A DNA stretch of 63,792 nucleotides, counting the filler, from Craspedostauros australis (taxonomy: Eukaryota), in the NCBI GenBank assembly GCA_030167865.1. It is 10 parts of 10 records of this genome, joined end to end, with 100 filler letters (N's around TTAATTAATTAA, not from the genome) between each part and the next. Parts side by side here need not be neighbours in the genome. Positions count along the whole stretch, not along the records: positions 20,139 to 21,716 come from JALAGF010000604.1; positions 21,817 to 23,045 come from JALAGF010000605.1; positions 23,146 to 52,865 come from JALAGF010000606.1; 7 more parts are not named here. One strand, 5' to 3'. The notes beneath the pieces were generated by a model. The model made no database searches and was not told where the DNA came from. It saw only the letters and a program-made list of their open reading frames with translations. Below are positions 20,139-30,985 of this stretch, piece after piece. Made by a program: the position numbers and the translations under genes. Within the stretch, counting starts at the first letter, position 1. Each line of letters opens with the position of its first letter.

Positions 20139-21716
20139 GGGTGAGCCACAACAGAAGCTCATGAACGACAAGACCTTCCATTGGTGTGCGAAGTGCCGCC
20201 ACTGGCGCATCTCCCACGGCACGGCCGGGCACATCGACGACTTCCAGCGAAAGCCCAAAAACCCACAGCTCGAAATCGACCACGCTGCCTGGACCTGCCT
20301 GTCCGCGGAAGCGCACGTGAGCGAACATGCCTGGTGGACAGCCGTGTGGGAGGTCTTCACCTCCTTCGACACCATCAACGTCTTGACCGGATCCTTTCTC
20401 GCCCTTTGCTCAGTGCAAATCGCCGTGCTCGGCATCGAGTGCGGCTGGTACGTGATGAGCACCATGATGTGGATGACAACAGCCGTTGTGCTATTCGCCC
20501 TCCACACCAGTGTTCCACGGCATTACCAACCCACCTCGACCCGAACAAGCTATGCTACCAACGTCTGGAAGAAGAAACAACGAAAGCATTTTAAAACTCA
20601 CCAACGCTTCTACCATCATCCAGCCATGCCAGCAAACAGTCTGTACGACTCTATGTTTGGCAATAACGACTTCAAGCACTTCCTCCACGACAAACGCACC
20701 ACCATCGCAAAATTCGACGCTCCACGTGCGAACCACCGAAACAAAACCCGACGGGTTCGCCGATGCAGAGGTACAAGCCAAAACTCCTGTCGCGCGAAGC
20801 ATACGCCCAGTCCCGCTCGTCCACCCAACAAACGCAACGAAGCACGACCAAGTGAACACGCAAGCGCCAACGTACTCGCCAACGCCTATTACACTCTCAC
20901 GGCCATCCTCGGTTGTAAACACGCCTTCGCCGCGCCTCACAAGGTAGAAGAGGTCATCCCAAGCGGTGGCTCCTTCGATGTAGTGTGGGACACCGGTGCC
21001 TCCATCTGTGTTACCAACGACATGAACGACTTTGTGGGCCCCACCTCTGCACCAACAACACCGACCTTCCTCAACGGGTTCCTTCGTCGCACCAAGGTCA
21101 AGACGAAGGGCACAGTGGAGTGGTCGATCCTCGACACCAACGGCAAGCCGCGATCCTTGCGTCTCCCGGCATTCTACGTACCAGGATCATCCGTCAAACT
21201 CATAAGCACCACAAGCCTCCTTCATCAGTACAAAGGAGAGAACATCATCGTGGAAGCCACCAACATCAAGCTGAGCGGTATCCCAGGAAACGAAGAAAGA
21301 GGATCCATCATCGCCCACAACCGGAAAGCAAATCGTCTTCCCACATCACGCGCCTACCGCACAGGCGACCTCTCCGACGTGCCAGCCGCGCTCACAACAA
21401 CCATCACTTCTGTGGCACAACACAACCAAAATCTGAGCCAACCACAGAAGGAACTCCTCAAGTGGCACTACCGACTCGGGCACCTTTCCTTCCGACGCGT
21501 GCAATTTCTACTTCGATCCGGTGCACTCGTCAACACCGAGGCATCACGAAAAATGCAAACAGCAGCCGCCCGTGTGCAGGAGTGCCCGCTATGCGCGGCA
21601 TGCCAATTCGGCAAACAACACCGCAGACCTATGCCAGGCACAACACAGCACGCAATACTGGACCGACAGGGTGTGATCAAAACTGATCATCTCTTCCCTG
21701 GCCAACAGGTCTCCGT
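20139..21716 (+). mobile_element. Copia (CoDi-like) polyprotein fragment: gag zinc knuckle, aspartic protease, pre-integrase zinc finger; open frame
   Basis: HWCAKCRHWRISHGTAGH, VVWDTGASICVT, LLKWHYRLGH...CAACQFGK...PGQQVS. Confidence 0.9.
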
Positions 21717-21816
21717 NNNNNNNNNNNNNNNNNNNNNNNNNNNNNNNNNNNNNNNNNNNNTTAATTAATTAANNNNNNNNNNNNNNNNNNNNNNNNNNNN
21801 NNNNNNNNNNNNNNNN

Positions 21817-23045
21817 TGGGATGGCATGATCGCCCAAACCCAAATTCAGCGGACATGCGACATCGTCATAAGTAGAGCACGATTCGTGGGGAGAGACCCC
21901 ATGGGACCCCATCCCACCGACATCGAGTCACGCTTCAATCCCGCTCAAACATTCTGAGCAGTCGGGCATTTGACTAACTAGACTAAATCTTAACACGACT
22001 AATGGGAATACTAGTTTGAGCTAATATCACCAATAGCGAAGAGGGAATGATTAACGTGCGAGTGGCCAACCACTCCATCAAGATCGGCAGCGGCCGATAC
22101 CTCAAGGCAACNNNNNNNNNNNNNNNNNNNNNNNNNNNNNNNNNNNNNNNNNNNNNNNNNNNNNNNNNNGTGCTCAAGCAAGTGAAGTTCGTGCCCAACC
22201 TGTGGGTGAACCTCTTGAGCATCAACAAAGCTCTCGAGAACGGCTTCGACATCAGCAACCAAGGTGTCATGATGAGCCTGGAGAAGCGCGGGCAACGCAT
22301 CACGTTCGACAGACTCATGGCAACCCATAGAGGTTTCGTGAGTGGAGTGAACATGATCAGCGCCTCTCCCCACGAAGACCAAGCCAATGTCGGCGTGTCC
22401 ACCAGGTCCGCGGTGGACATCAACCAAATTCATAAAATGTTAGGCCATGTTGACACTTACACGATCTCTCGCACAGCGGGACGATACGGTTGGAATGTCA
22501 CAGGCAAGTTGCATGCATGCATTGACTGCGCAATCGGAAAGCAGAAGCAGAAGTCAATGACAAAACGCCTGCAGCGCCGAGCAAAAGAAATTGGTGAGCG
22601 GTTGTTCATTGACACGTCGAGCGTTCAAACGCACAGCTACGGACAAGGAAAATATTGGCTCCTTGTCATCGACGACTACAGTGATTACTGCTGGAGCTAC
22701 TTTTTGAAAGAGAAAAGTGAAGTCGGAGAAAAGCTGATCACGCTCCTCCGATGGCTTCACTCCAACCAACAGGCACATGTGAAAAATATCAGATGTGACA
22801 ACGCGGGAGAGAATTATGCCGCGGAAAAACAGCTTCTAAACGCAGGGTTCGGTCCAACATTCGAATATACTGCAGCATCCACTCCCCAACAGAACGGTCG
22901 CGTGGAAAGAAAATTCGCGACGTTGTACGGGAAAGTCCGCTCCATGCTCAACCAAACGCATCTACCGAAAACAGTGCGTGGAAAATTGTGGGCGGAGGCA
23001 GCCCGAACCGCGACTCAGCTCGAAAATATTATCGAGACAAAGACA
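21817..23045 (+). mobile_element. Copia polyprotein fragment (protease end and integrase)
   Basis: VKFVPNLWVNLLS, IHKMLGH...CIDC, ERLFID, VIDDYS, IRCDNAGE, PQQNGRVERKF. Related to the fragment at 12113. Confidence 0.9.
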
Positions 23046-23340
23046 NNNNNNNNNNNNNNNNNNNNNNNNNNNNNNNNNNNNNNNNNNNNTTAATTAATTA
23101 ANNNNNNNNNNNNNNNNNNNNNNNNNNNNNNNNNNNNNNNNNNNNCCTGGCAACGGTGTAACACAACAAGGAGGGTGGAGCACGACGCATGATCATTGTT
23201 TGTTCAATTCCCACAACTGCAACGATTATGATAAATTTAAGGCATGAGGCATGTCGTGAGTCGACCTGGCCAGCGAAAAAGGGTTTGAAAAAAAAACGGC
23301 TTCTCGTAAAGCGTATTTGGGCTAGTCCGTTGAGTCGCAG

Positions 23341-23416
23341 TTTGTCTGTGGAGACAAATGGACCCCAATTTGCCTGTGGAGACAAATTGCACCTCCAATT
23401 TGCCTGGGGAGACAAG
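23341..23416. repeat. Three palindromic units TTTG(T/C)CT-G(T/G)GG-AGACAA(A), 28-30 bp period; probable transposon subterminal repeats
   Basis: Units start at 23341, 23369 and 23399. The first is a perfect 7-bp inverted repeat with a 4-nt loop. Confidence 0.8.
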
Positions 23417-24485
23417 CCACGTAGGCCAGTACCAGGCCGAAATCATTATGGATATGGATACGAATCCGATGGGCAACGGAATGAATGCCACGAGCCAAAT
23501 CAAGACGGTTGCCTGCAGCTTGATCGAATACAAGTTCATTTATCACTTTCCGCATCAGATGCAACACATCTACCCGTGCTGGTCGCTGTGGCGGCACTTT
23601 CCAAATGCCAAGCATGTCTTCCTATCCCGGCCGCGGTACCATAAAGACTTTGTGAGTGGTTCCGCCTTCACGAAGGGTGTTCAAACCGTCTTGAAAGCCA
23701 ACAACATCACCACCATTTCCGTTCGCATGGTGGACTACATACGATGGTACCGATCGAACCCCAGTGAACTCCTCGTCGCGTACACACATCGAGTGGACGG
23801 TTTCCGTGCAGCCCATGACGATGACATGGAGAGTCTGAGACGGAACACCTTGACTGTGTTTGGGATGGAGCAGTACATTGAACGGTACTGCGGGCGAGCG
23901 CAAGCGCGAATGAGCTCGCATAACCAACAGGATACATCACCAATTTCCAATGCCGATTCTGTAGGAGACGACGCCTCTCATCATGCACCGCCCAGTCCAC
24001 CGCGCATCGCCATTGTCAATCGTGGAAAGACGAGGCAAATGTTCGGCATGCACAACATATCCAGCATGCTGCAACATGAATTGGAGCTGCCGTACAGACC
24101 ACCGGTGTTTTTCTTGGAAGACACGTCATTCCAGCAGCAAGTGGAGGCTTTCAGCAACGTCGACATCTTGCTTTCGCCTCACGGAGCGCAGCTGACGCTG
24201 ATTCCATTCATGCCACCTTGCAGCTCGGTGATCGAAGTCATCCCGCACGGGTACGGCCACGAAGCGTACTTTGGGACCTTGGCAGCCTTGTCGGGTGTGA
24301 ATCATTCCTTCATTTACCTTGGAACGGACATGGCCGCCGAAACAGCGGAGATGGACGACAGGGAAGGACAGGTTGCTGCACGTAACCCTCCGGTGTGCGC
24401 ACCGGCATTTCGGATGCTTCAGGCCATCAGGATACAGTACGAACAGTGGCATCGTTGCTGCAGATTTGATGCAAACACATACTAG
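23358..24485 (+). pseudogene. GT61/DUF563 glycosyltransferase paralog 1, lacking its N-terminus (probably TE-interrupted)
   Basis: Shares HFPHQM, CWSLWRHFP and DILLSPHGAQLT with the neighbouring copies. The TM anchor and FPSFMLQWP block are missing, and the ORF start lies within the palindromic repeats. Confidence 0.7.
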
Positions 24486-25142
24486 AGCAACTGTCGAGTA
24501 CTATGCTCTCGAGAGAAGGATGGAGATGGAGGCAGTTCAGATCCTTGGCACATACTCCTGTTGTACAAAGCGGAGAAACACGAGTAAAGTGCCGTATTTA
24601 CATACGCAAGATATCCCAGACCACAATGTATCGTTGATCGTCACCTTTCGACTTGGCGAGCATCCCTCCTGTCGCAAAGAGAGAGAGAGCAAGGAACTGG
24701 ACCGAAATTTGGTGGCAAGAGTAGTAGAGAATCGAGTCACGTTATCTTACGTGACTAACAACGGTTAGAAGACGTTATAATATGATCATTGTTGAAGGCG
24801 ACACGAAATGCAACGGTCCTCTCCAAAATCGGTCTCCAAGCTCGAATTGGCAACCAACAGACAACATGAACACCGCAGATGATGGATGATCGACACAAGC
24901 AACAACAGTAGGACGTTCAATCGGCAAAGCTCCTCCTCGTACTCGTACTCATCCTCGTGATTGTCGTCGTCACCAACGCGCCATGGTCCAAGTTGTTGGC
25001 CGTGACGAAAAGCAGGTGCTTTCCGGAGTCGAGTATCACTTCCACTTGAGAGCAGACTGCTGTCTCTCCAGAGAGAGAGTGGAGGGCTCCGCGTGACATC
25101 ATTCTGCTCTCTTCCATTCTGACAGATCTCCCATCGGTCACA

Positions 25143-26564
25143 ATGCCGTCATCCAACACTCCATCGGCCATCATGGGCGGCGCGAACACTTACAGAGTGA
25201 TCATGGCCACTGCTATCATTCTTGCATTGATGAACTTTAGATTATCTGTCAGCGTTACAAGCACAGCCTCTTCTCAGCTTGTGGATGCTGCGACGGATGA
25301 TGTCACCAATCCGCGCGTGATGGCGCACAGAATAATACCCCACTGGAATCGCAACATCACGGATTTCCCATCCTTCATGCTGCAATGGCCGGCTGATGAA
25401 TCATCGCGTCTGGACGAATGCAACATTTTGGACGCCACGATACCGCATGTCTTTAACTTCACCAACTACCCGCGATCCTACGAACCAAAACGGATGTTCA
25501 GGGATGGTTTTGGCAACTTCAGCGAAGCCTGGGATCAAGTCGATGCAGCGAGCGGGCGCGGAGTTGCGGGTGCGAATGCGTCGGTAGATCGCAACACTTC
25601 TATCGTCCCGATCAAAGCAGTCGGATGCAGCTTGGCGGATTACAAGAACGCGCATCACTTCCCACATCAAATGGAGATCGTCTACCGATGTTGGTCATTG
25701 TGGCGCCACTTTCCGCATGCCCGTCACGCCTTGCTCATTCGCCCAAAGATGTACCAGAAGTTTGTGGCACGTTCTGCCTTCAGCAGCGGCATGAAAGAAG
25801 TCTTGACCAAGAACAACATCCCTGTGCGTTCGGAAAACACGAGGGCGTTCAAGCGGGCCTACAAAGGCGACTGGCAGGAAGTGCTGATCGTCTTTGCGAA
25901 GCAGACCTGGGATTTCAAGGCAGCTCGTGAAGATGACATGGACAATCTGAGGCGCAGCGCCTTGCCCGCGCTCGGGTTGCATCGGTATGTCGATCAGTAT
26001 TGCGGAAGGATGGACCCAACGGAGGAGAAACACAGGTCGATGACGATACACAACGAGGAAGGCAACGATAGCACGAGAATCGAGCTGCCGCGCATTGTGA
26101 TCGTCAATCGCAAAACCCGAAGGCAACTGTTAGGTGCCCACAATATGTCAAGCATTCTTCAGGATGAATTGAAGCTGCCATACAAACCACCAGTTCTCTA
26201 TTTCGAGACGCTGTCCTTCAAGGAGCAGGTGGAGGCATTCAACAACGTCGACATTTTGCTTTCGCCTCATGGGGCGCATCTCACCGGCATTCCGTTCATG
26301 CAGCGTTGCAGCTCGGTGATTGAGGTATTCCCACATGGCTACGGCGGCGTGGATTACTTCGGTTCTCTGTCCGCGATCTCCGGCGTGAATCATACCTACA
26401 TCTACCTCGGAATGGACAGGATCGCCGAGACCAAGAATATGTCCACTCCCCAGTTGCAAGAAGTTGCACGCAGTGCTTCTTTGTGTGCGCCAGCTCATAG
26501 CATGGTCGAAGCTGTCAGAATACAGATCGAGCGTTGGAATACATGTTGTGGATTTCTTCAGTAG
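25143..26564 (+). CDS. Glycosyltransferase family 61 (DUF563) paralog 2
   Basis: N-terminal TM helix. Motifs HFPHQ, PRIVIVNRK, FETLSFKEQVEAF, DILLSPHGAHLT...SVIEVFP. Confidence 0.85.
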   Translation: MPSSNTPSAIMGGANTYRVIMATAIILALMNFRLSVSVTSTASSQLVDAATDDVTNPRVMAHRIIPHWNRNITDFPSFMLQWPADESSRLDECNILDATIPHVFNFTNYPRSYEPKRMFRDGFGNFSEAWDQVDAASGRGVAGANASVDRNTSIVPIKAVGCSLADYKNAHHFPHQMEIVYRCWSLWRHFPHARHALLIRPKMYQKFVARSAFSSGMKEVLTKNNIPVRSENTRAFKRAYKGDWQEVLIVFAKQTWDFKAAREDDMDNLRRSALPALGLHRYVDQYCGRMDPTEEKHRSMTIHNEEGNDSTRIELPRIVIVNRKTRRQLLGAHNMSSILQDELKLPYKPPVLYFETLSFKEQVEAFNNVDILLSPHGAHLTGIPFMQRCSSVIEVFPHGYGGVDYFGSLSAISGVNHTYIYLGMDRIAETKNMSTPQLQEVARSASLCAPAHSMVEAVRIQIERWNTCCGFLQ

Positions 26565-26766
26565 TTCTCGAAGTTCCATCGCAATCGTGGGGAAATTGCA
26601 GTTTGATTTGGTTTGGTTGCATTGACGGTACAACACCATGTGTGTACTTCACGGATAGTATAGTACAATGTATGATTTCTGCATCTGTACCATGATACTG
26701 TTCATTCCTCATGTATTATCATATGTCATGTTATCAGATGGAGGAAATGCAACTGCTCCTGCCTTG

Positions 26767-26808
26767 CAGATCGAGCAGTGGAATCCGTGTTGTGGATTTC
26801 CTCCGTGA
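26767..26808 (+). pseudogene. Relic copy of the GT61 3' end (QIEQWNPCCGFPP*)
   Basis: Matches the ends of paralog 2 (QIERWNTCCGFLQ*) and paralog 3 (QVEQWNRCCGFVG*), including the stop position. Confidence 0.75.
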
Positions 26809-27449
26809 CACTATCACAATGATGCGCCTCTCCCGTTTAGTGTCGTCGTTTTCCTTCTGTTCACTTCATGTTGATTCATCATTGCCGTTCCTACGAGGAA
26901 GAGCACACTGTAGTCCAACTTTCCAAATGAGACGGAGGCGTTTCTCGCTCTTTTGTTTCGGCATCCATCCTGGTTCATGTGGCATTGAGGCGCTTCTGTG
27001 CGCGTCGGTGGCGCAACGCAACTCGTAGCACTGCGAGCACAGTGACTGTCTTACATACTTAAAGTGTATCTATTGGGACGTGCCATACTCGTAGGTTCAG
27101 AGGGCTTCCTTGCATCCCTGGCAATGGCTCCTCTGGCATCCCAGCAACTCCTCGCTCGCTCTTTCGCGGGAGGTACACCCTCGATTCAAGCTACTGAGTT
27201 TGTGAGCAACCACGGTTACAAACCGTTATGCATTGGAACATCACAAAATCGCTTTGTTGACGGGAACGTGAACAAAAACTCAACCGCAAGGAACCTCATT
27301 CTGTCAGCGTCTGTCCTTCCATACCTGTGGAGGAGCAATGACACACACACAAGGTAACCTCATAAATTCGGTTCCTTCTTCTTTTGTGCAAGGGATTATC
27401 ACACATTCATCACCGCATACAAAAAAAAGAACAACATCATCCAGGAATC

Positions 27450-28763
27450 ATGCTATCCTCAAGCCACATGAGACCCATCAATCGCACTGGCAACGCTCTG
27501 CGCGCGTTCGTGGCCGTGGCTGTCGCAATCCTGACCGCGACGAACTGGGGTATGTCCTTCTATGCATTGTCACTATCCCAGCAGCACTTGAGGGACGCCG
27601 TGGACGATGTCACCCGCCCAAGCCAGCAACTTGCGGATCGACGGAGTCGCAACATCACAGAATTCCCGTCCTTCATGTTGCAGTGGCCGACCGACCCATT
27701 GCCACCGAGCGACTGCGACATTCGCAATGCATCCATGCCGCATATCTTCAACGTCAGCGATTTTCCGAGGTGGCATCTCAAGGAGGCCATGTTGCAGGTC
27801 GATCATGGCAATCTCAGCGAGGCGTGGGAGACGACGACGCTCACGTCGGGACAGGACAACACCAACCAAATCCAGACGGCTGCCTGCAGCTTGGCGAATT
27901 ACTACCACGTGGATCACTTTCCACATCAGATGGAGATCATCTACCGATGTTGGTCGGTGTGGCGCCACTTTCCGAATGCCACTCGGGTCTTCCTCATCCG
28001 TCCCGCGAAGTTCTACAAGTTCGTGGATTACTCCGCTTTCAGCAGGGGCATGGCGAAGGTGTTGCAGTACAACAATATTTCCGTGCTGCGCAAACGAACG
28101 GAGGACTACAAGCAGCAGCAGATCTCGCAGAATCGGAACCTGCTGTTGGTCTTCGCCGGACAGAACTTCAAGTTCAAAGCAGCGTGCGACGACGACATGG
28201 CCGACTTGAGGCGCAGCACGTTGATGGCGCTGGGCCTGCAGCGATATCTCCATGACGCATGCGGCGGCGGCCAAGGAATGGGACTGCCGCGGATCGCGGT
28301 CTTCAATCGCAAGAAACGCAGGGCGCTGCTCGGTGCGCACAACGTATCTATTATGCTGCAAGACGAGTTGGACTTGCCGTACCGACCGCCCGTGATATTC
28401 TTCGAGGACATGTCGTTCGAAGAACAGGTGGAGGCATTCAGCAACATCGATATCTTGCTGTCGCCGCACGGAGCACAGCTGACGTCGATTCCATTCCTGC
28501 CGCGCTGCGCCTCCGTCGTTGAGGTATTTGGGTACGGGTACGGCTTTCCCGATTACTTCGGACGGTTGGCAGCGATATCTGCCGTCAACCATTCCTACAT
28601 CTATTTGGGGACCGACATGGAGACGGAGACTAGAGACATGGTAGCCGCCGATTTGCTAGAAACTGCGCGTCGAGCTTCTCTGTGCGCGCCGGCGCATCGC
28701 ATGGTGGAGGCCGTGAGGATACAGGTCGAGCAATGGAATCGGTGTTGTGGCTTCGTTGGTTAG
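27450..28763 (+). CDS. Glycosyltransferase family 61 (DUF563) paralog 3
   Basis: Same motifs as paralog 2. First ATG at 27450; TM helix AFVAVAVAILTA. Confidence 0.85.
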   Translation: MLSSSHMRPINRTGNALRAFVAVAVAILTATNWGMSFYALSLSQQHLRDAVDDVTRPSQQLADRRSRNITEFPSFMLQWPTDPLPPSDCDIRNASMPHIFNVSDFPRWHLKEAMLQVDHGNLSEAWETTTLTSGQDNTNQIQTAACSLANYYHVDHFPHQMEIIYRCWSVWRHFPNATRVFLIRPAKFYKFVDYSAFSRGMAKVLQYNNISVLRKRTEDYKQQQISQNRNLLLVFAGQNFKFKAACDDDMADLRRSTLMALGLQRYLHDACGGGQGMGLPRIAVFNRKKRRALLGAHNVSIMLQDELDLPYRPPVIFFEDMSFEEQVEAFSNIDILLSPHGAQLTSIPFLPRCASVVEVFGYGYGFPDYFGRLAAISAVNHSYIYLGTDMETETRDMVAADLLETARRASLCAPAHRMVEAVRIQVEQWNRCCGFVG

Positions 28764-29257
28764 GTGGTTGTGACCGTCCTCTGCATTGAACGCATAATAA
28801 TAGAATGATATCTCTGCTCATTGCTCTACCGTACGAGCCACCAGTGCTGCTGCAATGGAATGTTCTCTCTAACTTCCTTTCTGTGCTTGTAAGCCCACCG
28901 TCGGAAAGTACGAAGAAGATCGAATCGTGAATGATGTGAATTGACATGCGACTACTACGACCGCATGAAACGCAACGGACAGAAACGAATCCGATTTTGG
29001 TGACCGTTGTGGTGGGAAGGATACCGCGACACAGACTGTGCAGCCACCGACCATGGCGATCTGGAGCCTTCGCAAACTCATTTCAACGGCTCCAAACGAA
29101 TCAACAGCACACACATCACGAGGTGCTGTGTTGTGTTGCGCTACAAGATCCAAGTACACACATACACACACACACTCTCTCTCTCTCTCTCTCTCTCAAG
29201 CTAAAGATTAGAGTGACAGAAGAAGAACAGAAACAGCCAACTTACTAGTACAACACC

Positions 29258-30754
29258 ATGGGCAACTCCGCAAGCGACATCAGCGGCGCTGCCGCCGATC
29301 CTCACGCAGAAGAGATGGATCAGTTCGATGGCATTGAGACCCTGGGCTACCGCGTGCTGGGCGTGCAACCCAACAGCCCTGCATCGAAGGCGGGCCTCGT
29401 CAGCTTCTTCGACTTCATCTTGGGTGCCAACGAGAAGATGCTGCTGGGCAGCGGAGAAGGATTGGAGGAAGGCGACGAATACGATGACATTGACTTTCCG
29501 GCCTTGTTGCAGGAGAATAAGGGCCAGGTGCTGGAGCTTCGTGAGTCTACGCAAAGTGTTTAGAAGCGATGGAAGCGATGGAATGGGAGCGTTTGAAGCT
29601 GGAGGTTGATGAATGAAGTCTGAAGTGTCCTACTTGGGTTGTTTGTGTTCGAGCCTCAAATGACTTTTGAGCCTGAATCTGCAATGAGTTGGACCTTCTA
29701 GTGCTTGCTCATGCTCGAACGACCAGGGTCATCAACAACTAACACTGTGTCACATTCTATCACACCTCACCCTCATACTCTGCACAACTCCATCTGCAAC
29801 TCCACCTGGAATGCCTCCATCCGCGCAGTCGTTTGGAACATCAAGGCGCAAGAAAAGCGGCTAGTCGAGCTGACACCCAACGATGATTGGGGCGGCGCGG
29901 GATTGCTGGGCGTCACCATCAAGCTCGACAACTACGGCGGCGCCGACGAACGTCTCATCCGCGTGCTCGACGTTGAAATGGATTCGCCTGCCAGCATCGC
30001 GGGATTGGTGCCGCTGCAGGACTTTCTCCTCGGAACCACCGTCATGGCGTTCGCCGACACGGCGGGTCTGTCGGCCGTCTTGAGGTATCACGTTGATCAG
30101 GTCGTCGAGCTGTACGTCTACAACGCGGAGAGCGACGTGGTGCGCGTCGTGGCCCTCATGCCGACGTTGAGCTGGGGTGGTCACGGGCTGCTGGGTGCCG
30201 AAGTCGGAACGGGGTACCTGCATCGTTTGCCAACCACGTGTCGCGGCACCATCGGCCAGTCCGTCGAGCGCAAGGTGCGGATACGGAAGAGTGCCAGCGA
30301 CATCAATGCGGCGACGACAAATGCCGTGGAGACGGGAGAAGGCGTCGAGGAGGAGGGCGCCAATATCGAGCTGCCGGAGCCGCCGCAGCCACTGCTGGGT
30401 GCGGACGCCACGAAGGCCGAACCGACGTTGGTGGAGATGGAACCGCACCTCGAGATGGAGCGCAGCGATTCCAGCAGCAACATTCCCGGCGGCACCACGA
30501 AGCAGCCCTATCAGCTTGGTTCGCCAGTCAAAGCGCAGCAGGAGCAGGGTGCTGGCACGTCGTCGGCAGAATCGGCCACACCGCAGCTCACATCGGACGA
30601 TGCCGCATCGCTGTTTGCAGGACCGCCGCCGCCATCATCGGTTGAGCAAGTAGGTGTCGCGCCGCAAACGGAGTCGGTGTCGGCGCCCAGCACGTATGGA
30701 CAGACCGGAATAGAAATGCTGCCCCCGCCACCCAAGATGTCCGCACGAACATGA
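29258..30754 (+). CDS. GORASP: Golgi reassembly stacking protein GRASP55/65; exons 29258-29540 and 29829-30754
   Basis: MGNSAS myristoylation site, GYRVLGVQPNSPASKAGL..FFDFI, WGGAGLLG, WGGHGLLGAEVGTGYLHRLP. A GTGAG...GCAG intron keeps the frame. Pro/Ser-rich tail. Confidence 0.92.
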
Positions 30755-30985
30755 TGAGATGCATGGAGCAGTGTACTCGGAGTGTCGTTGTGACCAGGAG
30801 CAAACTACGATATGGTGACAGCAATAACAACGATAGTTAGCCTCGGTTATTACTGTCGTGAATCATCTTCTCTCTGGCCGCAAGACTGAATCCTGTTCCA
30901 CTGTAGAAACCATCGTGCCCTTTGAAGAGAGTTCTCGTGCTTGCCAATTTGCATTTCGTAAGCGTCATCTCTACATACGTTTGCC

